Below are positions 27,990 to 38,042 of a stretch of DNA of 64,000 bases, one piece after another; the first letter of the stretch is position 1; the number at the start of each line of letters is the position of its first letter. Position numbers and translations under genes: made by a program. The stretch covers positions 81,375 through 145,374 of the forward strand of contig CASEQD010000001.1 of the NCBI GenBank assembly GCA_949289935.1, written 5' to 3'. The notes under the pieces are model-generated. The model saw nothing but the letters and a program-made list of their open reading frames with translations, was not told the DNA's origin and did not search any database. This stretch comes from an uncultured Pseudomonadota bacterium (GTDB lineage: Bacteria > Pseudomonadota > Alphaproteobacteria > RF32 > CAG-239).

Positions 27990-30423
27990 TTGACCCCAGA
28001 CAGCCATAAGTTTCACGGGCATAGCGGGCATAGAGCCGATAATATTCGTCCAGTTTTTTCTGAACCATTCCGTTGACCGTTTTTTCCGGGTATTTTCCTT
28101 TTTTATCCGGTTTGCCGGCCGGAATTCCGGTTAAAAGCTCTATACCATCATCTACCGTATCAATCGCCCAGATATGAAACTGTCCTTCATCCACGGCCTT
28201 TTGAATATCTTCGCGCAACATAAGATTGCTGACATTCGTGCGGGGAATAATCACCCCCTGATCTCCCGTCAGTCCGTTGTGGCTACAAACATCAAAAAAT
28301 CCTTCAATTTTTTCATTTACGCCGCCAATCGGCTGAATTTCGCCAAACTGGTTAATGGAACCGGTAACAGCAATGTTTTGTTTTATCGGAATCTCAGAGA
28401 TTGCCGAAAGCAGGCAATAATATTCCGTTGAAGAGGCGCTGTCTCCGTCGACTCCGCCGTATGACTGTTCAAACACAATAGATGCGCTCAGAGACAAGGG
28501 TGAATATTTGGCAAAACGATTGGACAGCAGCGCCTGCAATATCAACACGCCTTTGGAATGAATCGGCCCTGACATTTCGACTTCGCGTTCAATATTGAAA
28601 AACTCACCCCGTCCTAGGCGAACCTGCGCCGTGATTCTGGCCGGTTTGCCGAAAGACGTGCGGGTAAAATTGTAAACAACCAACCCGTTAATCTGCCCTA
28701 CCCGGCTGCCTTTGACATCCATTAAAATCGTCCCGCGGTCGATTTGTTCCAACATGGCCTGTTTGATGCGGTCGCTGCGATAGATTTGCGCTTCAATTGC
28801 CTGTTCGATGTGGTTTTTGCCAATTTGGTTGGCTTTGGACTTACGCGCCCAATAATCGGCCTCCCGCAGCAAATCGCCGATTGATGCAATATGCGCCGTC
28901 AGTTTTTCGGTATCGTCCGCCATGCGCGAGGCATATTCAATCACTCTGGCCACGGCCTGTTTGTTCAGAGAACGGAGTTTTTTCTTTTTGGAAAGAGAAC
29001 CGATAAGCTTTGCATATTCAATTTCGTTTTCATCCGTCCGATCCATGATAACGCCGAAATCGGCTTCTACCTTAAAATAATCAGAAAAATCAGGATCACG
29101 TTCACTCAAAACATCGTACAGTTCGGCGTCACCGGTCAGGATGACTTTTACATCCAGAGGAATCGGCTCCGGATCAAGGGAAATGGTGGTAAAAGTGCTT
29201 TCGTCGCTGGGTGATTCAATTTTAATGTTTTTGGAGGACAAAGCCCGTTTTAACGAATCCCAAGAATATGGCTGGAGCAAAAGCTTCCGGGCATCCATCA
29301 ACAGAAAACCGCCGTTGGCCCGGTGCAAAGCTCCCGCTTTTATGAGAGTAAAATCGGTCAGCAATGCACCATATTGCTGAATGCGTTCAACCCGCCCGAC
29401 CAGATTTCCCTGCGTGGGATGATCAAGCAGAATTATTGGCGCTCCGGCGCCTTTTTCGTTTTTAACCACGACATTTACTTTGAATTTGGCAAATTTGTCT
29501 TCTTCATTTTTGTTCATTTTTGAGAGCAACATGGTCAGGGCGTCGCCGCCTTCCTCCTGACTGCGTTCCGGCGTTTCCGGCAGAAAATCATCAATATTCG
29601 AGATGATATGATTTTGCACATTGCGCAAAAAATCGCCGGCACTTTTATTTCCTTTATATTTTTTCCGCAATTCATCTATCGGCTGTTTAACGGCTATTTT
29701 TATGAATTTTTCTTTTAAGGCGCTAATCTCTTTGCGTTGTTTTTCTTCCCAATCCGGCAAATCGTGCGCAACATTTTCTATTTCCTGCTGCATGGCATTC
29801 AGATCTTCCATCAGACCTTTTTTTTCTTCTTCGGGAAGTTCTTCAAAAGCATCGGAACTCAAAACTTCGCCGTTTTTGGTTGGTGCAACAACAATTCCGG
29901 CCGGCATGTGCAATAAAGAAACGCTTTTTCCTTTGGCTTTCTTTTGCAAAATTTTGATATATTCATCTTTTTTCTGTTTGAATTTTTCCCGGATAATGCT
30001 CAGATTGGCTTTATATTCCTCACTTTCCAAAATGTCCGGAATCACCGTTGAAAAATCTTCAATCAAAATATCTATGTCCTTGGCAAACTCGGTTGCCTCT
30101 CCCGCCGGAAAACTTATGGCATGCGGGCGGTAAGGTTCGTCAAAATTGTAGACATAAGCCCAATCATCCGGCGTTGGCCGGTTTGCCGCTTCTTTTTTCA
30201 GGATGCGTTTAACCAGACTTGTTTTTCCCGTTCCTTCCGGGCCGAGGCAAAAAAGGTTATATCCTTTGGACTTGATGTTTATGCCAAGTTCAACCGCACT
30301 GATTGCCCTGTCCTGCCCCAAAGCCGAGAGACGTTCTTCCAGCTCTGCCGTGGTGGTAAAGTCAAATTTGCGGGAATCGCATTTTTTATAAAGCTGTTCC
30401 GATTTTAATTTTGATATAGCCAT
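27982..30423 (-). CDS. LonB/LonC-like AAA+ protease (S16)
   Basis: LGQDRA, GPEGTGKT, GALHRANGG, EQSYGGVDGDSAS, IGGVNEKIEGFF. Confidence 0.9.
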   Translation of the reverse strand: MAISKLKSEQLYKKCDSRKFDFTTTAELEERLSALGQDRAISAVELGINIKSKGYNLFCLGPEGTGKTSLVKRILKKEAANRPTPDDWAYVYNFDEPYRPHAISFPAGEATEFAKDIDILIEDFSTVIPDILESEEYKANLSIIREKFKQKKDEYIKILQKKAKGKSVSLLHMPAGIVVAPTKNGEVLSSDAFEELPEEEKKGLMEDLNAMQQEIENVAHDLPDWEEKQRKEISALKEKFIKIAVKQPIDELRKKYKGNKSAGDFLRNVQNHIISNIDDFLPETPERSQEEGGDALTMLLSKMNKNEEDKFAKFKVNVVVKNEKGAGAPIILLDHPTQGNLVGRVERIQQYGALLTDFTLIKAGALHRANGGFLLMDARKLLLQPYSWDSLKRALSSKNIKIESPSDESTFTTISLDPEPIPLDVKVILTGDAELYDVLSERDPDFSDYFKVEADFGVIMDRTDENEIEYAKLIGSLSKKKKLRSLNKQAVARVIEYASRMADDTEKLTAHIASIGDLLREADYWARKSKANQIGKNHIEQAIEAQIYRSDRIKQAMLEQIDRGTILMDVKGSRVGQINGLVVYNFTRTSFGKPARITAQVRLGRGEFFNIEREVEMSGPIHSKGVLILQALLSNRFAKYSPLSLSASIVFEQSYGGVDGDSASSTEYYCLLSAISEIPIKQNIAVTGSINQFGEIQPIGGVNEKIEGFFDVCSHNGLTGDQGVIIPRTNVSNLMLREDIQKAVDEGQFHIWAIDTVDDGIELLTGIPAGKPDKKGKYPEKTVNGMVQKKLDEYYRLYARYARETYGCLGSNV

Positions 30424-30495
30424 TTTAAGAATTTCCTATTATGATAATTATTGTTTTTGACTATAACTTCAGAAAGCTAATTTAGTGTAAACATT

Positions 30496-31971
30496 ATGCT
30501 TTATGTTTTGCTTTTTTTATGTGTTTTTACGGCTGCCGCCATCAGTATTTTTTTTAAAAAAATGCGTCTGTACCATTTTCAAAGACTGGCGGTAAAGGGA
30601 ATGTTGAAAAAAAAACAGGCGGGACAGGCTGCTGCTTTTTTTTCTTCGGAGCAGATTTTTAAAATCGTCCGCAAACTTCTGCGCAAAGGCGCCAAACGCC
30701 CTTTGTTTTATTTGTGTTTCGGGAAAACTTTTCCGGCAGAACAATACCTTAGAAAAAACAATGATCTTTTCGGCGCAGCGATTTTAAAAGCTTTTGATGA
30801 TTATTATGAAGGAATCCGGCTTTTGCAAAAAATCACCAAACAACATCCCGACAATTACGAAGCTGAAGCCGAGCTTGCGGAACTGTTTTTTATTACCGGG
30901 CAAAAACAAAAAACCGATGCCGTTTTGCAAAAAATTCCCCGGCAGCGGATATCTTCTTATGTCCGGGCAAAAAAATGTTACTACAAAGCCTGTCTTTATC
31001 TTGATGCCGGCAACATGCTTGAAGCTTCCGAATGCGCTGCCCGCGCCGCCAAGCTGTTCCGGCGGGAAAAGGCTTATGTTGAAGAAGGAAAAGCCTATCT
31101 GCTGGCCGGAACAATCTATCGTGTTTCCGCCGTGGAAGACGTTGCTCATTTTATGTTTTGCCAAAGCCGTAAAATTTTTTCTTTTTTAAAATATCCGGAA
31201 GGCGAAGCCGAAGCTCTCGGCAATCTGGGAATGCTCTGGACAATGCGTGAAAATTTTACCGAAGCGGAAAACTGCTTCAGGCAAAGCCTGAAAATTTATG
31301 AAAGATGCCGTCCCGAAGCCGAAGGAATAATCAAAAATCAACTGGCTTTGCTTTTTTTGCTGCAAAAAGACTATTCCAAAGCCCATCGGACGGCAACGGA
31401 AGCCGCCAACTGTTTTCAAAAACACCTTTTTCCTGCCGGAACGGCTTTCAGTCTTGAAATTCGCGCTTATATCGCTTATGGTGAAAAAAAATGGAAAAAT
31501 TTGATTTCACTGGCAGGAAAAGCCGCCGGTATATATGAAAAACTGCATGACGTATCCGCCGAATTTGAGTGTTTATATCTGAAGTCGTGGGGAGAATATG
31601 AAACCGGGGCTTTAACACAAGCCGAAAAAAATCTGCGAAAAATTATTTCAGGCAAAAACAATCAGTCTCATTGTTTTCATTTGGGAAATGCTTATAATCT
31701 GCTCGGGCTTGTTTTTCTCAAACAAAACGACCTGCCCCGAGCCAAAGGACTATTTTTACAGTCGGCCGCGCTGGAACAAAAAGACGAAAGATTCAGCGGC
31801 GCCGCTGCCGATTATGCCAACATCGGCTTAATTGAATATCGTTCCGGAAATACCGAACAAGCTCTGAAAACTTATGAAACCGCTTTAGTTTATGCTTCGG
31901 CTTTTTCCGAGACGGAATTTTCCGCTTTTCTCCGAAAAAGAATCGAAAGCCTAAAGACCGAGCTTAAATAA
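30496..31971 (+). CDS. Membrane-anchored TPR protein
   Basis: N-terminal TM; repeats such as EAEALGNLG, AYNLLG, YANIG. Confidence 0.8.
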   Translation: MLYVLLFLCVFTAAAISIFFKKMRLYHFQRLAVKGMLKKKQAGQAAAFFSSEQIFKIVRKLLRKGAKRPLFYLCFGKTFPAEQYLRKNNDLFGAAILKAFDDYYEGIRLLQKITKQHPDNYEAEAELAELFFITGQKQKTDAVLQKIPRQRISSYVRAKKCYYKACLYLDAGNMLEASECAARAAKLFRREKAYVEEGKAYLLAGTIYRVSAVEDVAHFMFCQSRKIFSFLKYPEGEAEALGNLGMLWTMRENFTEAENCFRQSLKIYERCRPEAEGIIKNQLALLFLLQKDYSKAHRTATEAANCFQKHLFPAGTAFSLEIRAYIAYGEKKWKNLISLAGKAAGIYEKLHDVSAEFECLYLKSWGEYETGALTQAEKNLRKIISGKNNQSHCFHLGNAYNLLGLVFLKQNDLPRAKGLFLQSAALEQKDERFSGAAADYANIGLIEYRSGNTEQALKTYETALVYASAFSETEFSAFLRKRIESLKTELK

Positions 31972-32865
31972 TAAAGGCCGGTTGTTTCCTGATGTCCGGG
32001 ACAAAAAGACAATATCTTTGATGCCCAGCGCTTTATAACCAAGCAGATTATACGTCGGGCGGACAAACGGATTAAAAGAGCTTTGTCCGTTGCTGAGAAT
32101 AAAATGATTTTTTATGCTCAGTCCCGTGCGGCCAAGAAAATCCCTGAATGTTTTTTTCCAGGAACTGATGCCGAAATCTCCGACCAAAATCATTGGAATA
32201 TCCTGCTCTAAAACAAATTCTTCCAAATTTTTGAAAACAATTTTTTCATCTTCCCTTTTCATTGACGAAAAATCAATATTGACAATCATCAATTCCCGGC
32301 CGTTTTCAGGCAATACAACAGCATATGACGCTCCGAGTTTTTCGTTAAAGCGCACTATTCCCGAACGAACAACCGGACGGTTGCTCAAAATTACGCCCCG
32401 GCTCAAATCCGCATCATCATGAAACAAACGGTAATTGTCGTTAATGACATTTTCCAAACGGGTTGACGGATTTAATGCAACAACATCCGCCCCCGCAGAC
32501 GCCGCCTCGCCTACCAGCCGGGAAATATCGGCTCCCGTTTGGTTTTGGTAGATAATACCGAAGTCTTCCCCTCCGCTTCCGCTTATGTTAAAAAATATAT
32601 TAGAATATGCACTCAGACCGACATAATTGATGCCGATGAACAGCACAATGACGGCGGCATGAACGAAATATCTGACGGCAACAGCATAAACAAATAAAAA
32701 CAAAATCAGCAAATATCCCTGAAACTGCCAATCTACAAAAAAAGCAAAAAAACCATTTTCAGGCGCGGAAATATTTATTACCGTGAGCAATGCCATAAAA
32801 AAGATTGCGGTATTGAGAAAAGCAAACCGGCGCTCATGCTTTTTTTTCTGGCTTAAGTAACTCAT
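31951..32865 (-). CDS. Membrane-anchored, degenerate endonuclease/exonuclease/phosphatase-family protein
   Basis: Three N-terminal TM helices; ADVVAL, VILSNRP, PMILVGDFG. Confidence 0.6.
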   Translation of the reverse strand: MSYLSQKKKHERRFAFLNTAIFFMALLTVINISAPENGFFAFFVDWQFQGYLLILFLFVYAVAVRYFVHAAVIVLFIGINYVGLSAYSNIFFNISGSGGEDFGIIYQNQTGADISRLVGEAASAGADVVALNPSTRLENVINDNYRLFHDDADLSRGVILSNRPVVRSGIVRFNEKLGASYAVVLPENGRELMIVNIDFSSMKREDEKIVFKNLEEFVLEQDIPMILVGDFGISSWKKTFRDFLGRTGLSIKNHFILSNGQSSFNPFVRPTYNLLGYKALGIKDIVFLSRTSGNNRPLLFKLGL

Positions 32866-32981
32866 TCCGTAACTTTATTTATTGTTGTTTCCATATTTTT
32901 TATACTATGTCCGCAACTATAAATCAATGCTTAAAATATTGTTTTTTATTTTTGATAAAAACTTTTACCGTCTGCGAAAAA

Positions 32982-33644
32982 TTACGGCGTTTTAACGCAG
33001 ACATCCGGCGCCCTCAAATATAAAGGCTTGGGAAAATTAAGCGTTTTATTTAAAAATTTTTGCAGTCCGCACCAGGCCAGGGCTTCTACCGGAACATGCG
33101 TTTCCATACGGATGGCGTGAATGCCCAGTCCGGAAGGACGAGACAGAAAACGCTCGACGCCGTCGCCTATCAGCGTTACTCTGCCGCGGCGGAGCTGTGT
33201 GATAATTTCATCATAAACACCGGCAGACGGTTCGGTTATTTTTTGCCCTTCACGGTTAAACAGCTGATAATAAAAATCATCTCTTTTGGTTTCTATAATG
33301 ACGGCATTGATTTCGGCATATTCGTCTCTGTTCAGACTGTTCATATAAGCCTCAAAAGCCGAAACACCGGTAACGGCCAGTTTTTCATCCGTCAGCGAAA
33401 AAGCCCGCGCCGCAGCAACCGACGCCCGCACTCCCGTAAAAGACCCGGGGCCGTTGCAGACAACGACAAGATTGACATCGGCAAAAGATATGCGTTCTTT
33501 TCCCAGAATATTTTTAATTTCCGGGATTAAAACTTCAGCCTGCCCGAAATCCATTTCTTTTTCATACGTACGAGAAATTTTGCTATCTTTTAACAAGGCC
33601 ACGGAACAACAGGCCGCCGTCGTATCAAACGCTAATGTATACAT
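32982..33644 (-). CDS. tsaB: t6A biosynthesis protein TsaB
   Basis: LAFDTT, GPGSFTGVR, PLYLRAPD. Confidence 0.93.
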   Translation of the reverse strand: MYTLAFDTTAACCSVALLKDSKISRTYEKEMDFGQAEVLIPEIKNILGKERISFADVNLVVVCNGPGSFTGVRASVAAARAFSLTDEKLAVTGVSAFEAYMNSLNRDEYAEINAVIIETKRDDFYYQLFNREGQKITEPSAGVYDEIITQLRRGRVTLIGDGVERFLSRPSGLGIHAIRMETHVPVEALAWCGLQKFLNKTLNFPKPLYLRAPDVCVKTP

Positions 33645-33738
33645 TTTTTATTCACTACCCGATATTTTTAATTTTATTATTCGTGTTTATATTATAGAAT
33701 CCGAAAATAAACAATAAAATTTAATACGGACAGCAAAA

Positions 33739-35430
33739 ATGGATCAACGTCTGCTCAGCGATATGTATTATGCCGCGCCGGAATTGTGGTACGGAATATG
33801 TTTTCTGTTTGCCCTTTTGGTTCTTTTTCTGCTTTATGCCGTTGTTCTCATTTTGAAACTGAGGCAAAAAAATTATTTTTTGAACCGGGACAGAGAGCGT
33901 TATATTGAAACCTTGTATGCTTCGCACGACGGGTATTTTGCTTTTGTGCATCCTGATGAAAGAATTAACGATCCGAGAAAGCAAACCGCCGAATCCTGTT
34001 CCCGACGTCTGGCCGTTATGCTCAACCTTTCCGATGGAATAAAATCTTCTTTTGAGGATGTGCTCAAATGCTTTTACAAAGAAGATACCCGTAAAATTCA
34101 GAAATATGTTGATATGCTGCAGGCGGAAGGTATTTCTTTTGAAGAAACTTTTGAACTGAAAAACAGAAATTTTATCCGCCTTTCGGGCAGCCGAATCAGT
34201 GACGGCAACGGCAATGTTTATTGCGACGTCGTCTGGTTTCGGGACGTAAGCTTTGAAGAATCGCAGATAGACAATCTGCAGCAAAATTGTAAAAAAGCCT
34301 GGAACGGCGTTTTGGAATTAAACGACATTCTTGATCATACGGCTTATCCCGTCTGGCTGAGAGACGAACAAACCAGGCTGCGTTTCGTAAATAAAAAATA
34401 TCTTGAATATTCTTCCTGCAAAAACAAAGAAGAGGCAGTCGCTCTTAATGCGGAAATATGCGGCACGGATAATGAAAGCCTTTTTCAGCAGCTGGCTCAG
34501 GACGTGCGACGGAGCATAAAACCCAAAAAGAAAAACATACATTTGATAAAAAACGGGGAAAGGCGTTCTTTTGACATTATCGAAATTCCTTATCGGGCAG
34601 AAGGGATTTTGGATAAGATTTACAGCGTGGGATGCATGATTGACGTTACGGAGCTCGATGAGTTGCGGCGTAATTTGAAACAGCATCAAAACGCTCATTT
34701 GGAAATTTTGGGGGCTTTGGGAACGGCTTTTGCCGTCTTTGACGGCAAGAAAGAACTGGCTTATTACAACAAATCTTTTGCCAAGCTGTGGAATCTTGAC
34801 GACGCGTGGCTGGCCGGAAAACCGTCTTATGTAATGTTTCTTGAGGAAATCAGGGAAAAAAGACTGCTTCCCGAAGTTCCTGATTTTATTATGTATAAAA
34901 ATGACGAACAAAAAGATTTTAATACCATTCTGGAACCCCGGGAAGATTTGCTGCATCTGCCTGACGGTCGAACGTTCCGACGCGTGCGGGCTCAGCATCC
35001 GATGGGAGGAATTGTCTTTGCCTTTGAGGACGTTACCGACCGGCTGGCAACCCGGAGAGCCTATAACTCGCTTATTTCCGTTCAAAAAGAAATTCTGGAC
35101 AATCTTTCTGATGCCGTTACGATTTTCGGTCCAAACGGAAAACTGCTGTTTTACAACAAATCTTATCTGTCGCTGTGGAACTGCAAGGAAATTTTTCTGC
35201 AAAACGATCCTTCCCTGCAAGAACTTGTCGAATCTCAAAAAGAATTTTTTGCAAATTATGAAAACTGGGATGAACTTAAAAGCGACATTATCGAACATAT
35301 CACGAGCTTCACAACAAAATCGTTTGAACTGGTTCGTGCCGACAAGACAGCATTGGAAGTGGTTTCTTCGCTTCTATCCGACGGATCTGTCATGGTTACT
35401 CAAAAAAAACTGGACGGACGCAAATATTGA
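33739..35430 (+). CDS. DivL-like TM plus multi-PAS protein lacking kinase domains
   Basis: LLPEVPDF...HLPDGRT...HPMGG..FAFEDVT...YNSLISVQKEILDNL; ends after the last PAS domain. Confidence 0.72.
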   Translation: MDQRLLSDMYYAAPELWYGICFLFALLVLFLLYAVVLILKLRQKNYFLNRDRERYIETLYASHDGYFAFVHPDERINDPRKQTAESCSRRLAVMLNLSDGIKSSFEDVLKCFYKEDTRKIQKYVDMLQAEGISFEETFELKNRNFIRLSGSRISDGNGNVYCDVVWFRDVSFEESQIDNLQQNCKKAWNGVLELNDILDHTAYPVWLRDEQTRLRFVNKKYLEYSSCKNKEEAVALNAEICGTDNESLFQQLAQDVRRSIKPKKKNIHLIKNGERRSFDIIEIPYRAEGILDKIYSVGCMIDVTELDELRRNLKQHQNAHLEILGALGTAFAVFDGKKELAYYNKSFAKLWNLDDAWLAGKPSYVMFLEEIREKRLLPEVPDFIMYKNDEQKDFNTILEPREDLLHLPDGRTFRRVRAQHPMGGIVFAFEDVTDRLATRRAYNSLISVQKEILDNLSDAVTIFGPNGKLLFYNKSYLSLWNCKEIFLQNDPSLQELVESQKEFFANYENWDELKSDIIEHITSFTTKSFELVRADKTALEVVSSLLSDGSVMVTQKKLDGRKY

Positions 35431-35495
35431 CAAAATTTTCTTTTTATGTCATATTCTATTTGTGATATTTGTTTCACAAGCTACCGGAAAGCAAT

Positions 35496-36308
35496 ATGAG
35501 TATTGAAACCGAAGATTTGAACATAGAGTGGAAAAAAAGCAGCAAAGGAAAACTTGAAAGAGATTCCCGCCGAATCGACAATCAAAAAGCTCTCCAATAT
35601 AATCTTTCCAAAAAAAACAATATTTCTTCAACTCAAAAGCTTAGTTTGTCCGATATTCCCCGAAATCAAAATAAAATGAGAAAAAAAATCAGACAGGCTC
35701 AGGATGAGGAAGAGGAAGACGAAGAAAGTTTTTATCTGACAACGGCGCCGAATATCGCCAATTATGACGCCGCCTTGTTTAACAACCTTCAATTTGAAGA
35801 AAAGAAAAGCCTCGTCCAAAAGGAAAACAGGGAAAGGGTGGAGATGCAAAACCGCGCCGGAAGAATGAGCGTCGTCGACGCCATGAGCAAAACAGCTCAG
35901 AGTTCCGGATTAAAAAAACTGCGGAGAGAAACTTCCGCCATGTTGATGAATGACACGGCAGCAACCGACAGACTGGTTGAAAAAACCGTTCAATACGACA
36001 TCGGTAAACGTTTGAAAATAAAAAAAGGAAAAATTAATCCGCAAAATGTTAATGATTTTTTTCGGGGAATTAAAAGAATCGAATCCATCGGCGGAAAAAG
36101 CATTCTTAAAGGCATGGCCGTTAAAGATGTTATTTTTGCAGGCAAAACCAAAACCCACAACAACCACAAAATCGAAAAAACAATTTTGAAAAAAAGCGGC
36201 AGAAAAGCACCGACAAAGTTGAAAAAAAACACAAATCCGAAAAAAGCCCAAAGAGAATTCAACAATATTCTGCTGAAAAAAACCATGCTCAGCGGCATGG
36301 AAAAATAA
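35496..36308 (+). CDS. Lys-rich hypothetical protein
   Basis: Long ORF filling the gap between genes; no recognised motif. Confidence 0.6.
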   Translation: MSIETEDLNIEWKKSSKGKLERDSRRIDNQKALQYNLSKKNNISSTQKLSLSDIPRNQNKMRKKIRQAQDEEEEDEESFYLTTAPNIANYDAALFNNLQFEEKKSLVQKENRERVEMQNRAGRMSVVDAMSKTAQSSGLKKLRRETSAMLMNDTAATDRLVEKTVQYDIGKRLKIKKGKINPQNVNDFFRGIKRIESIGGKSILKGMAVKDVIFAGKTKTHNNHKIEKTILKKSGRKAPTKLKKNTNPKKAQREFNNILLKKTMLSGMEK

Positions 36309-36312
36309 ACGG

Positions 36313-36858
36313 TCAGCCAAAACGGCGCAGCAAAACCTGATAGGCATTGGTCAGTTGTTTGAATTTTTCTTCCGCGATTTCCTTATTTTCGGGATTTACA
36401 TCGGGGTGATATTTTTTTACCAGTTTTTTATATTGTTTTTTCAGAGTTCCGGCATTCAAATCCTTGGGGGTGATTTCCATAATTTCCATATAACGCTGTT
36501 CTTCTCTGGAATAATAAATGCTATCCATGGCGGAATAATCCGTATGGTAGTCGTCAAAAAATTCGTAATCGTCAAAAAAATTATATCCCCGGCTGTATTT
36601 TACTTTTGAACGGAAGCCGCGAAAATGCATGCGCGGTTTTTCTTCTTCAGGTTCATCCGTTGAAATTCCGTCATAATAATTCCATTTGGCATTATATTCC
36701 TGGACATGTTTCAGGCAAAACCAATAATATTCCTTCAATTTTCTGTCTTTGGGCGCACGATACTCCCCGGGTTCGCTACAACCGGGATAATCACATTTAT
36801 GCTGCGCCAAACCTTCATTTTGCGGCGCGTAGTATTTTTTTGCACGCACTTTTTTCAT
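36313..36858 (-). CDS. J-domain protein with N-terminal Cys motif
   Basis: CDYPGC...YRAPK...[15 protein letters not shown]; C-terminal HPD. Confidence 0.9.
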   Translation of the reverse strand: MKKVRAKKYYAPQNEGLAQHKCDYPGCSEPGEYRAPKDRKLKEYYWFCLKHVQEYNAKWNYYDGISTDEPEEEKPRMHFRGFRSKVKYSRGYNFFDDYEFFDDYHTDYSAMDSIYYSREEQRYMEIMEITPKDLNAGTLKKQYKKLVKKYHPDVNPENKEIAEEKFKQLTNAYQVLLRRFG

Positions 36859-36923
36859 GTCTTTTTTCCTAAAACAAATGACATGACATTTTATAATATT
36901 CTGCAAGTAAAGGCAAGTTTTGC

Positions 36924-38012
36924 TTAAAAGAGACGGTATGCCAACAAAACAATTATCAAAAGCAGCAAAAACAATTTTATTGATGATTTTGACCGGCGGC
37001 GGCGCTGACGTTCTTCACGCCGGGAATCCAAAAGCCAGGCAATGGAACGGGGATCCGTGGTTTTGACCGGCGCCGAAAGTCCGATGCCAAATTCCGTCTG
37101 CTTCAGCGACTCCAGATATTTTTCATCCGGGATGATTTGTCGTTTTTCTTCAAAAGGCGCTTGTCGAAAATATTCTTCCCATATTTCACCGGGATTGATA
37201 TCCGGGCAAAATTTCCGCAACAACAGAAACGACGATACAAGACGGTGTTCTTCAAAGGAAGAAGGCGTTGTTTTCCGCTGCAGGTATTTTATGAAAAAAT
37301 TTTTCAAAGCACAATCTGCGTTCTGTAACGAATCGATATTGAAAAAATTGACTTTTCCCCGGGAATCGACAACAACGTTTGCCCAAAAAAGAGGAAAAGT
37401 TTCTTTTTCAAAAAACAGGCTTCCCCAAAGCAAAAACAACTCCGTTTGTTCCGCCTGCGTCAGAGAATCCTTAAAATGACATCCGTTTTCATGCGTAATG
37501 AAAATTTCATCTCTGGTTGTCAGATTCCAGTCAACTTCATAAACCGCCGCAGACAAAGACGCCGTTTTTTCAAGCAATTTTTCAACTTCCGCAGCATACA
37601 GGCGTTTGTCCCGCAACATGCCGCACCGGTTGCAGAAAGAATTATATAACGGCCGCAGACGAGGCGAACGCCGGATAATGTTTCGGAATAAATCATAATA
37701 AAAATCAGCATCTTCCCGGGAAATATTTTTTATGCCATCCAACGGAGAATCGATTGCCGTCGTCGGCGGAAACAGATTCAGACGGCAGGATAATTCCGTA
37801 ATAAAAACATTCAGCAGCGGATTTTGTTCTTTTTCCATCAGCGCCGTTAGTTTTTTTTCTTCATTTCCATTTTTTTCCCGTGAAAAAAAAGCAGCAATCC
37901 CTGATACAAAACCCATTGACGGCAGGCGGCGAATCGTCGACAAACAGCCGGCTCTGGCAAAAAGAATTGCTAACCGCTGTTTTTTTAAGAATTGTAAAAA
38001 ATGATTTATCAT
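36924..38012 (-). CDS. Highly degenerate UbiB/ABC1-like pseudokinase
   Basis: Residual motifs LSCRLNL, PRLRP...[27 protein letters not shown]; divergent from mutM. Confidence 0.62.
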   Translation of the reverse strand: MINHFLQFLKKQRLAILFARAGCLSTIRRLPSMGFVSGIAAFFSREKNGNEEKKLTALMEKEQNPLLNVFITELSCRLNLFPPTTAIDSPLDGIKNISREDADFYYDLFRNIIRRSPRLRPLYNSFCNRCGMLRDKRLYAAEVEKLLEKTASLSAAVYEVDWNLTTRDEIFITHENGCHFKDSLTQAEQTELFLLWGSLFFEKETFPLFWANVVVDSRGKVNFFNIDSLQNADCALKNFFIKYLQRKTTPSSFEEHRLVSSFLLLRKFCPDINPGEIWEEYFRQAPFEEKRQIIPDEKYLESLKQTEFGIGLSAPVKTTDPRSIAWLLDSRREERQRRRRSKSSIKLFLLLLIIVLLAYRLF

Positions 38013-38042
38013 TTATAATGCCTTTTGTTACGGAGGTTGAAA

